Virus record (IMG/VR): IMGVR_UViG_3300046517_000746
From: an uncultured virus (IMG/VR IMGVR_UViG_3300046517_000746)
Taxonomy: Duplodnaviria; Heunggongvirae; Uroviricota; Caudoviricetes
Strand: one strand, 5' to 3'
DNA length: 64,000 bases
Both the position numbers and the translations under genes were made by a program. The notes under the pieces are model-generated. The model searched no databases and was not told where the DNA came from. It saw only the letters and a list, made by a program, of their open reading frames with translations. How positions within the stretch are numbered: position 1 is the first letter of the stretch; every line of letters starts with the position of its first letter. Positions 27,994 to 35,509 of the stretch are shown here, piece by piece.

Positions 27994-28160
27994 TCATGTA
28001 GAAGCCATGCGCAGGTGATTAGAGTTGCGAGTATTGCGATCGTATCTAGGCTCATGGCTCGTCCTTCAATGCACGAATAGAAGCGGTGAACTAGCAATAA
28101 TAATTGCCAGTAAAATCCCGCCAATCCGAAAAACCCACCAGTCTAGTTTTTGGGTTGGGG

Positions 28161-28583
28161 TCATGGCTTGTCCTTCAATGCAAAAATAGTAATAGCTGCC
28201 TTACGTAGCTGCTGAGAAGCTAAACGCGTTCCGTAATCCTGACGAGTCCATGCCTCCATTTCGTCAGCCATTCCGCTCACCACCTGTGCACAGCAGTCGA
28301 TGGTTTGTAAAAAGGTAATCTCGCGCTCCTGTCTGATCCTTTCCGAAAATGGCACCACCCCCGCAGCGGCACGGCAAGTGTCGCAAATTGTCGTTGGGTC
28401 ACGCCTTTGATGCTCGCAGGGAGCGATAGCGGAGCAACAACCGGGCGCTAGTCCCAGCCCCGCAGCGGCGGTGAGGGCGGCTTTGGCCAATTGTTGTGAG
28501 CCCTTAGCAACACCGCGCGCCTGTTGAACGCATAAAATAGCTTCCGCCGCCGCATCTATCTGTGCTTGTGTTGGTTCGCTCAT
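28161..28583 (-). CDS. Hypothetical protein with Cys cluster
   Basis: CCSAIAPCEHQRRDPTTICDTC; GGAGG SD. Confidence 0.55.
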   Translation of the reverse strand: MSEPTQAQIDAAAEAILCVQQARGVAKGSQQLAKAALTAAAGLGLAPGCCSAIAPCEHQRRDPTTICDTCRAAAGVVPFSERIRQEREITFLQTIDCCAQVVSGMADEMEAWTRQDYGTRLASQQLRKAAITIFALKDKP

Positions 28584-28900
28584 GTTCCCTCCGACGCAAG
28601 CCGCTCCACTGTCCTAAGCGACTCCCTATGTGCCTTAGGTGCGTAAGCTTCTGGCCCAGCAGGCAATGGCTGAGTCATCGACGGTGGTGGGAGCGGGGGT
28701 TGGTTTAGGGTTTGCAATACTAGCTGAAAGCGCCCTAAGATGAGGGTCATGTCCTGCTCCGTCAACTCGCCTGATGAGATCCCTAATGTTGACTTCAGGA
28801 ACAGGTGATTGCTTATTTCCCTTGCGAGTGCAAGCTTGTAGTACTTTGCGTCCGGCCTTTGTAGTTCCTTGATAAGTCCAAATAGCGCAGTGTTTGACAT
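28580..28900 (-). CDS. Hypothetical protein
   Basis: AAGGAG SD; overlaps the tail of the 28635 ORF. Confidence 0.5.
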   Translation of the reverse strand: MSNTALFGLIKELQRPDAKYYKLALAREISNHLFLKSTLGISSGELTEQDMTLILGRFQLVLQTLNQPPLPPPSMTQPLPAGPEAYAPKAHRESLRTVERLASEGT

Positions 28901-29366
28901 AGTGGATGCTCCTTGTGAAGATTAACCAACTAACTAATATGGCAGAAAAAGCGCCGCCGAACACAGCTATTAGTCCTATATTCGACGGCGAGTTTAGAGA
29001 GGGAAGGGGGTCTCCCCTCTCAACTGGGAGAGTAGGTGATGCTTCAGCGTCAGGTACTATCTCAATCAGCTTTACCTTCAGCGGCTGATGGGTGTCGTAC
29101 CACGGATCGCTCTTTGTTTCTGCAACAGGCTTTGCCTCCTCTGCTTGAGCAATGTAAGCCCGCTTGTCTATGAAGGGCTTGGTGTTAGGGATTGGCTTGA
29201 TCTGATAGCGCCTACCGCCTTGTCGGTTGTCCCAACAGTGATCTTCTCCATGCCAGTAGAGGTGGGTTGTCGGCCACCTATCCCTGGCTTCACCTTTACT
29301 TAAGCAGGTTGGTGAGGCGTAGGCGGTGGAAGATAAGAGAATAGATAGTGCTAAGATCCTTTTCAC
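28635..29366 (-). CDS. Predicted exported/membrane protein
   Basis: Signal-peptide-like MKRILALSILLSSTAYA; hydrophobic segment IGLIAVFGGAFSAILVSWLIF. Confidence 0.55.
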   Translation of the reverse strand: MKRILALSILLSSTAYASPTCLSKGEARDRWPTTHLYWHGEDHCWDNRQGGRRYQIKPIPNTKPFIDKRAYIAQAEEAKPVAETKSDPWYDTHQPLKVKLIEIVPDAEASPTLPVERGDPLPSLNSPSNIGLIAVFGGAFSAILVSWLIFTRSIHYVKHCAIWTYQGTTKAGRKVLQACTRKGNKQSPVPEVNIRDLIRRVDGAGHDPHLRALSASIANPKPTPAPTTVDDSAIACWARSLRT

Positions 29367-29689
29367 CAGCCTCTCCTAATTGTTGGTTTCTCTGGCTCAA
29401 TCAGCCCAAGCTTCGCAAGCAGGTCACGACCGTTGGTCTTGGAGCCCTTGCCTTTGGGTGCTGCGGAGACTTCGTAATGCTCAGGGAGGTCAGGGGGCAT
29501 AGGTGGAACAGGACCTGCCCAATCAAATGCATCTTCTAGTAGCGTTTCCCAATATGGATACGCTCTATGCCCTGAGGTTGGAATGATCCACCAATCCTCA
29601 TGACCTATTTCCATCTTTATCGCTACGTCAAAGGCTGGCTTGCCCCTGACTTTATGACAGATCAAATAAGGTTGTTCCATCACCACCAA
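29363..29689 (-). CDS. Hypothetical protein
   Basis: YLICHKVRGKPAFDVA...WWIIPTSGHRAYPYW. Confidence 0.6.
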   Translation of the reverse strand: MVVMEQPYLICHKVRGKPAFDVAIKMEIGHEDWWIIPTSGHRAYPYWETLLEDAFDWAGPVPPMPPDLPEHYEVSAAPKGKGSKTNGRDLLAKLGLIEPEKPTIRRGW

Positions 29690-29792
29690 TTCCTTCTCTT
29701 AGGCGCTTCGACCTTCACAGCCTCGACCTTCTTCACTGGAGCCTTGGGTTGCTTCAGCTTCCTTCGCCGCAGCTGTTGTCGAAGGCATTTCC

Positions 29793-30131
29793 TCATTTCC
29801 CTAGCATCTTGAGCTTCCTCAAGACATCCCTAGCCTGCGCCCTCTGCTCCTCCGTGGTTGAAGGAACAGGTTTCTTTATCCTTGGATGTGTGATACGTGC
29901 TATATGCCCAGCGGGTGCGGACCCTTTGGGCGAAGAGTAGGTTGAAGGTGGCGCTTTCTGTCGTGCGGTACGCAAGACATGTAAGGCCTTGGAAAGGCCA
30001 CCTTCAGTAAATGCAAACTTGGCTATGTATGGGATGCTGTCCTTGACAGGGAGTTCAACGTAGATCCAATTTTCATCGGACCACATTGTAACAGCATAGA
30101 CAGGTCGTGCCTCTGATGCGCCGGTTGTCAT
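29793..30131 (-). CDS. Hypothetical protein
   Basis: Coupled ORF. Confidence 0.6.
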   Translation of the reverse strand: MTTGASEARPVYAVTMWSDENWIYVELPVKDSIPYIAKFAFTEGGLSKALHVLRTARQKAPPSTYSSPKGSAPAGHIARITHPRIKKPVPSTTEEQRAQARDVLRKLKMLGK

Positions 30132-30376
30132 GGGTTCAACTCATAATGTTGGTCGTTTTCTAGATCATAGAAGTCGTTATCATCTATCATTCCTGTTTCG
30201 CGAAACCTGCGCATCATAGCCATGTGCTTGCATGGCTTCTGCGCTGGACATTCACAGCCTTGGTCAGAGACGAGATAGGACGCAACGACATTGAAGTCGT
30301 CATCCCATTTCGTAATCCGAAGCCCTTGCGACGTGGTGAAGCAGTTATAGACGGTCATGGAAGATCTCCCTTGCAA
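30128..30376 (-). CDS. SWIM zinc-finger-like protein
   Basis: CECP...CKH. Confidence 0.6.
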   Translation of the reverse strand: MQGRSSMTVYNCFTTSQGLRITKWDDDFNVVASYLVSDQGCECPAQKPCKHMAMMRRFRETGMIDDNDFYDLENDQHYELNP

Positions 30377-30388
30377 GACTTCCTGATT

Positions 30389-30646
30389 TTAGGTTCTTTT
30401 CGACTCGATTAGATTACTTATAAAGTTAGGTGGTAGCTTTGCCTTTCCTTTTGGAGTTTTAATATATTCTTGGTGCTGATGAACAGCCTTAATAGCCTTA
30501 GCTATACCTGCGCTATCGAAGGTAAAGATTACCGTCTTACCCCTTGGACAATAACCCGCTACTGGTGGTAGCCTTAATGCTATTGTTCCGTCCTCACGCA
30601 CGTTTAGGTAGGCACCCCATGATGAGCCATTGAAAGATGTTGTCAT
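30389..30646 (-). CDS. Hypothetical early protein
   Basis: GGAG SD before ATG 30646, just downstream of the promoter at 30669-30697. Confidence 0.55.
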   Translation of the reverse strand: MTTSFNGSSWGAYLNVREDGTIALRLPPVAGYCPRGKTVIFTFDSAGIAKAIKAVHQHQEYIKTPKGKAKLPPNFISNLIESKRT

Positions 30647-30668
30647 TACAATTCTCCATTCTGTCACT

Positions 30669-30697
30669 ATCCTACCACAGTTTGAACAAAAAGTCAA
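30669..30697 (-). promoter_or_regulatory. Sigma70-type promoter (leftward)
   Basis: TTGACT-17 nt-TAGGAT with extended TG and upstream A-tract. Confidence 0.7.
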
Positions 30698-30794
30698 GAA
30701 CTAATTTTTCTCCTAAGCCCTGTTTCCCTAGTGAGGCCCTACAGTTCGCAGGTTGGAGATGAGAGAAATATTACGCAATTATGACAGAAAGAGA

Positions 30795-30819
30795 AGGCTG
30801 GAGTGATTAGCTCCAGCCT
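30795..30819 (-). terminator. Hairpin/terminator
   Basis: AGGCTGGAG stem, followed on the - strand by TCTCTTTCT. Confidence 0.55.
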
Positions 30820-30872
30820 AGGGATGTGGGGTCCTGTGGATATGGGGTCCTGCGAGTAGGGCCAAGAGGCCT

Positions 30873-31103
30873 CTACCATCCTGGACAATTGATATGGGCA
30901 CGTTCCCATAGTATCTTCTTCTTCCTGCCGATCTTGTAGACGTTCTTATGGTGCTTCTCACCCTTGTGTATGACTCCCTTGCAGCAAGAGCATTGGTAGT
31001 TCCTCTTAGCGATTGGCCTTGTGTTGCTAATCCAATGAACGCTTTGATCTTCATTCTTCTCGACAGGATCATGGATTTTGTAGTCGCTCATGTTATTCTC
31101 CAT
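30873..31103 (-). CDS. Small zinc-finger-like protein
   Basis: AKRNYQCSCCKGVIHKGE...HINC. Confidence 0.55.
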   Translation of the reverse strand: MENNMSDYKIHDPVEKNEDQSVHWISNTRPIAKRNYQCSCCKGVIHKGEKHHKNVYKIGRKKKILWERAHINCPGW

Positions 31104-31112
31104 GGAAAGAGT

Positions 31113-31140
31113 AGGGCCATAGCGTGATTGCTATGGCCCT
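31113..31140 (-). terminator. Hairpin/terminator
   Basis: Perfect 11-bp stem AGGGCCATAGC/GCTATGGCCCT just after a stop codon. Confidence 0.55.
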
Positions 31141-31147
31141 GAGAGGC

Positions 31148-31804
31148 TTAGGCAAGCTTAGCGTCTTTTGTCCACCATGCTTCGTGGGATTGCTCTTCGA
31201 TAGGCTTTAGCTCCTCAAGGGTATGCTCCTTAACAGCAGGCTCACCCTCCCACCTTGATGTAGGAGTAGGCTCGGGCTCAGGCACAACAGGCTCAGGGGT
31301 AGGAGCAGGCTCTGGCCTTGCAGGCTCTTGGAAGCCAAACATAGCTTCGAAGTGGCCTTTGATAGCATCCATCTTCTTTGAGAGTGTAGTGTGAGCCTCT
31401 TGAAGTTCCAAGAGCTTGAATTGCGCATCGTCTCGTTCCTTGGTGATCTCAGAGATACGGTCGTTAAGGCGAACATTAGCAGTGTTCATAGCATCGTTCT
31501 CACGCTTGACTACCACTAATTCGTTAGCCTTATGTCTTTGATCGTCCTCGGCTTGATATTGCGCTGTCCTTGCAGCGTCACGATCTTGCCGAAGCCTTGT
31601 GATCTGATCGTCTTGATTAGCGATTGTATTCCGATAGTGTGTGACTTGGCCCTTGAGAGTATCCAAGTCATTCTTCAGTGTCTCTACGTCCTTGGCTAGA
31701 GAGGTGGCATCAACTAGGGCGTTAAGAGCACGATCGAAGATTTCCCTAACTTTGCCCATTTCCTGGTCCTCGGCTTGAGGGGTTGCGAGTGATACGTCAG
31801 ACAT
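31148..31804 (-). CDS. Coiled-coil protein with PE/PT-rich tail
   Basis: Heptad-rich sequence; AAGGA SD. Confidence 0.7.
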   Translation of the reverse strand: MSDVSLATPQAEDQEMGKVREIFDRALNALVDATSLAKDVETLKNDLDTLKGQVTHYRNTIANQDDQITRLRQDRDAARTAQYQAEDDQRHKANELVVVKRENDAMNTANVRLNDRISEITKERDDAQFKLLELQEAHTTLSKKMDAIKGHFEAMFGFQEPARPEPAPTPEPVVPEPEPTPTSRWEGEPAVKEHTLEELKPIEEQSHEAWWTKDAKLA

Positions 31805-31832
31805 CGTATTGTTCCTTCTGTGTTGGAGGATA

Positions 31833-31860
31833 GGGTGGAGAGCCTAGGTTCTCTCCACCC
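31833..31860 (-). terminator. Hairpin
   Basis: GGGTGGAGAG/CTCTCCACCC 10-bp stem after a stop codon. Confidence 0.5.
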
Positions 31861-31876
31861 TTATTAACGATTGTTG

Positions 31877-32491
31877 TTAGGCGTGAACTGGCGGACGGGG
31901 CTTTGCAGTTAGTCCCGCCTGCTTGGCAGAGAGTTGTCCGCTCTTGGCCTTCTTTGCCTCAGCGGCCTTGACCTTCTTATCGCTGATAGAGATCAGCGAC
32001 ATGATCCCGGTAGCAACGGGCTTGGCCTTCCTTTCATCCACGTTCTTCGTGGCCTGTTCGAGATAGGAGGGATATTCCTCAATCAAGGCGTTGGCAGCCT
32101 TGGTGATCTCACTTGCTTCGTAGTGGCTGATCTTGCCACCATCGGCTTTGATTGCGTCTTTGACCGCCTGCCTTGCCAATCGTCGAGCCTCGGTCATGTA
32201 AGCGCCTTGACCGGTCTTCTTTGCCTTTCCACCTGTGATACGGATCTCGCCTTTCTTGCAGGCTTCCCAATTCTTCTCAGCGATTGCCATCGCCGCTGCC
32301 TTGCGTTCCTCTTCATCAGGATAGGTATCGGCCGTTATCTTCGTCTGTCCACGACCGAACACAGCCTTAAACCCTTGCATCAGTACCTCTTGGTACGACA
32401 CACCAGGCATTGCATCTATATCTTCCTTGGTGACGGTGATAAACCCGCCCTTCGCTTTCGCTACTGGAACAATAATATCAGTGCTTGCCAT
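31877..32491 (-). CDS. Lys/Ala-rich hypothetical protein
   Basis: AAAGGAG SD before ATG 32491. Confidence 0.7.
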   Translation of the reverse strand: MASTDIIVPVAKAKGGFITVTKEDIDAMPGVSYQEVLMQGFKAVFGRGQTKITADTYPDEEERKAAAMAIAEKNWEACKKGEIRITGGKAKKTGQGAYMTEARRLARQAVKDAIKADGGKISHYEASEITKAANALIEEYPSYLEQATKNVDERKAKPVATGIMSLISISDKKVKAAEAKKAKSGQLSAKQAGLTAKPRPPVHA

Positions 32492-32598
32492 GAGAGATTC
32501 TCCTTTCAATGGCCGGAGTAGCAGGATTGCTATCCGAACTAGCACAGTTGATGTGATGTTGATGCGATTGTCCGTTGACTGTGCTAGGGCTGATAGCG

Positions 32599-32751
32599 TT
32601 ATTGTCTTCCTTTGGCTATGACGAGCACTACTGAGGTCCACGTTGGATACTGTGCTTGCACACCTTCAAATATCTCATCAAGACTAGTACCTGGGAGTTG
32701 ATTACCCTCCCATCCCTTACCATCAGGAAGGTTGACGGTGATATGGATCAT
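32599..32751 (-). CDS. Small hypothetical protein (50 aa)
   Basis: AAGGA SD; MIHITVNLPDGKGW...; downstream of the 32781-32816 promoter. Confidence 0.5.
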   Translation of the reverse strand: MIHITVNLPDGKGWEGNQLPGTSLDEIFEGVQAQYPTWTSVVLVIAKGRQ

Positions 32752-32780
32752 GGTCCTTGGTCCTTTCAGCTTACCTCATG

Positions 32781-32816
32781 AGCTTGACATATTTCGCTCG
32801 TAAAGTCAAGCACTAT
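32781..32816 (-). promoter_or_regulatory. Sigma70-type promoter (leftward), near-identical to the rightward promoter at 34687
   Basis: ATAGTGCTTGACTTTACGAGCGAAATATG, 27/29 identical to 34687-34715. Confidence 0.65.
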
Positions 32817-32905
32817 CTTTCCTCCTGAGCGAGAGAGTAGCACGGTCAACGGTCGAAATGCTATAGGGACTATCTAACGACCGTGCTACTATTGCTTGAG
32901 GGGAG

Positions 32906-33082
32906 TTATTTTCTTTGACTGCGCTCTCTCCTGTTCACGTATTCAACATCAGTTTCACTAGTTGGATCATGGTGTTCCTTGGTGCATCGTTGCGCTGGCC
33001 ATCTAGGCGTTAACAGCGCAATGTGCGATCTCAAGTTTCTCATTGTGGGGAATGTCTCTCCGCATACACACTTGTGTTTCAT
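32906..33082 (-). CDS. Small protein with C2H2-like zinc-finger pattern (58 aa)
   Basis: GGAGG SD; KCVCGETFPTMRNLRSH. Confidence 0.5.
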   Translation of the reverse strand: MKHKCVCGETFPTMRNLRSHIALLTPRWPAQRCTKEHHDPTSETDVEYVNRRERSQRK

Positions 33083-33083
33083 C

Positions 33084-33278
33084 TTAGTCCTCCGTCTTTG
33101 ACTGCGCTATCTCATACCCTACGAATATCCTACTGTTCGGGTACGAGTCCTTGGTCTCTTGCGCTAACCTTCTCGCCCTATCCTCGGTATCAACCGTATA
33201 CACTGTCTTAATTCCGTTAGGCAAGATGCGAAACACTGCCCAACGTGGGAGTGTATGAGCCGTTGACTGCGCTATCAC
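33084..33278 (-). CDS. Hypothetical early protein
   Basis: AGGAGG SD. Confidence 0.55.
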   Translation of the reverse strand: MIAQSTAHTLPRWAVFRILPNGIKTVYTVDTEDRARRLAQETKDSYPNSRIFVGYEIAQSKTED

Positions 33279-33938
33279 TTCGCCCTCCTATTGTTTGGCC
33301 TATCAGTGGCCTATCAGGACAGCCAAGAGGCTGCTATCATAGCCTTATGGATGCGACTGCGCTAGAACTGATACACCACAAGCCACCATGTCGTTACCCA
33401 CATCACCACGCAAAGCGACAACGCCACGCTAATCACAAGTGCTGTTAAGCTCTGGTCGTCAAGCATCGATATTCTCCCTTGGTTGGTAGGTTGCTGGTAA
33501 GTCATTGACTGCGCTATGCTTGCCTCTGTCCATTGACTGCGCTATTGCGCTACCCTAATCATCCCCTAGTGAGGCCCTTGTGTACCTCTCATAGCCTGAT
33601 AGGACAATCGAGCACATATCCCACTTGAAGCAGGTCCATGCCCTGTCCCTTCTTCTATGCTGAATATATATATGTGTGTAGACTAAGACAGAGAAAGTTG
33701 GGCCACATGTGGGATATGCCTTCGCAAGTCCTATCAGCCTATCAGAGCAACACAAGAGCGCCACTAGGGCGCTACTAGGGCCACGATCGGACGTCGATAG
33801 GGGCGCAATCGGCTTAAGGCGGCCGCCAGATGCGGCGCTAGGGCGGGAGGCTAGCACCCTAGCGGGCACTATCGCCTGACGCACTGGCGGCCTTCCTAAG
33901 ACGAAACAGAACATAACGTGAACCCCTGAGACGTGAAA

Positions 33939-33966
33939 ATGGCCGGACCATTGCTGATCCGGCCAT
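33939..33966 (-). terminator. Intrinsic terminator
   Basis: ATGGCCGGA/TCCGGCCAT stem followed by T-run on the - strand. Confidence 0.6.
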
Positions 33967-33977
33967 GACTGTGCTAA

Positions 33978-34232
33978 CTATTCGGCTTTGACCGACAACA
34001 GGCTATCGTTGGCTTCAATAAAGTCTTTAATCTGCTCGACCATATCGAATAGCTTGAGCCACTGTGACTTATACAGCGTGACGGGCCAACGGCCCATGCC
34101 GTAGACGCTGACCGCACCCTTGGTACTGACTTTGATATTAGACTTGCCGTTAGCCTTTAGCTTTGCGTTCTCAGCCATTAACTGCGCAACGAATACCTCA
34201 AGCTCTTCCCGTGTGGGCTGTGGTGTGGTCAT
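33978..34232 (-). CDS. Conserved-looking small phage protein
   Basis: KVSTKGAVSVYGMGRWPVTLYKSQW; GGAGG SD. Confidence 0.7.
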   Translation of the reverse strand: MTTPQPTREELEVFVAQLMAENAKLKANGKSNIKVSTKGAVSVYGMGRWPVTLYKSQWLKLFDMVEQIKDFIEANDSLLSVKAE

Positions 34233-34234
34233 AA

Positions 34235-34423
34235 TCAATCCTCCATAACTTGTTCGCAACGCCATTCGGCAACAGTCCAGACACGGCCATTAAAATCAAT
34301 ATCAAACATCCGTGTTCCATCCGGCAGCCTGCCCGGATATGTGAATACAACCTTAAACGTACGATTACCCTCTGCGTTGTATCCGCATGCCCTAAGCCAT
34401 TCTGCCTTGACTGTGATCCGCAT
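34235..34423 (-). CDS. Hypothetical protein (first gene of the leftward arm)
   Basis: AGGAGG SD. Confidence 0.6.
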   Translation of the reverse strand: MRITVKAEWLRACGYNAEGNRTFKVVFTYPGRLPDGTRMFDIDFNGRVWTVAEWRCEQVMED

Positions 34424-34686
34424 GACTTGCCCTCCTGCGCTCTGGGCGGGATGCCCTCACGCCCAAGCATCATGCGCCCCGATTGTGTCCCCAATGCGGC
34501 GACATTTGGGTCATTTCAAGGTCCTTTCGTGTCAACCCTGCGGCTTTTTTACGCCAACATTGCGGCCGCAAGGCCCCCGGGGCCAAAATTCCCGCCTCCC
34601 ACGCGCCGCAATCCCCATCCGCAAATTGTGTGGGTCCCTCCAACATATGATAATGCCCCTCTCCGCGTGGTATGATAGTAAAAAAT

Positions 34687-34722
34687 ATAGTGCTTGACTT
34701 TTCGTGCGAAATATGGTAGGAT
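34687..34722 (+). promoter_or_regulatory. Sigma70-type promoter (rightward, packaging/structural arm)
   Basis: TTGACT (34694)-17 nt-TAGGAT (34717); extended TG; A-tract upstream. Confidence 0.75.
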
Positions 34723-34749
34723 GGTGGGGTAGAATGAGGAAGTGTGGGT

Positions 34750-35343
34750 ATGCTGCATCGGGGAAGGTTTGCCCGGGATAGGGCGGTGAGAGAGGTGAGG
34801 GAGCTTGGGAGGGAGGACCTGGAGGTTCTTCGACAGGTTCGGCCTCCGCCAACGGTTCAGCGGTTCAGGGACAGCCATCATCGGGTGGCCCGACTCTTGG
34901 CGTTCGGGATGACGGTAACGGAAGTTGCTGAAGCTACCGGGTACAGCATGAATCGGGTAATGCAGCTGAAGCAAGTCCCAGCCTTCCAACAACTCACTTC
35001 CGACTACCGTACCGGTGTTGTTGATGAAGAATACCGAAAGACGGTCAAAGACTACAACACCCTCGTGATGGATGATCAACTCAAGGCGGAGCGGATGATC
35101 GCTGATCGCCTCGATAAGGCTGATGAAGAGGAAGACGAGCCGCTACCGCTGCGTGACCTCATCTCCATCTCCCGTCGCCAAGACCGTAACACCAACATCC
35201 AAGTCAACATCGGCGACTTCGGACAGCAACTCGATCGTGCTGCGAAGATCAGCAACAAGGTTCTAGAATCTGTAGCGCAGTCGGAGAGGGAGCCATTACC
35301 AGAGCCATTACCCCTACCTTCTCCCAGGAGAAAACTAGCTTAG
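34750..35343 (+). CDS. HTH protein, probable terminase small subunit
   Basis: HHRVARLLAFGMTVTEVAEATGYSMNRV helix-turn-helix; directly upstream of TerL. Confidence 0.6.
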   Translation: MLHRGRFARDRAVREVRELGREDLEVLRQVRPPPTVQRFRDSHHRVARLLAFGMTVTEVAEATGYSMNRVMQLKQVPAFQQLTSDYRTGVVDEEYRKTVKDYNTLVMDDQLKAERMIADRLDKADEEEDEPLPLRDLISISRRQDRNTNIQVNIGDFGQQLDRAAKISNKVLESVAQSEREPLPEPLPLPSPRRKLA

Positions 35344-35509
35344 AGGCCACTGGCCGTTCGTTTGGACCCGGAGATGTTTGGATTAGGAAGCCCTACTTCC
35401 CTCGCTCGCTGGCGTTCCTTGGCGCAGGGTTTGAGCTCTGAGGTAGGTGGGGCTTCCACCTTTAGCGCAGTCGACGGATTGCTGCATTGATTGCTTTGGA
35501 GTACGCAAT

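Noticed and set aside
23227..29800. Shared C-terminal RR(S/G)(W/Y) motif on many early proteins
   Set aside because: Explained by the overlapping AGGAG/GGAG Shine-Dalgarno sequence of the next coupled gene.
32788..34715. Invertible segment bounded by 29-bp inverted repeats
   Set aside because: No site-specific recombinase was seen, and the repeats are explained as promoters. Not excluded without reads.
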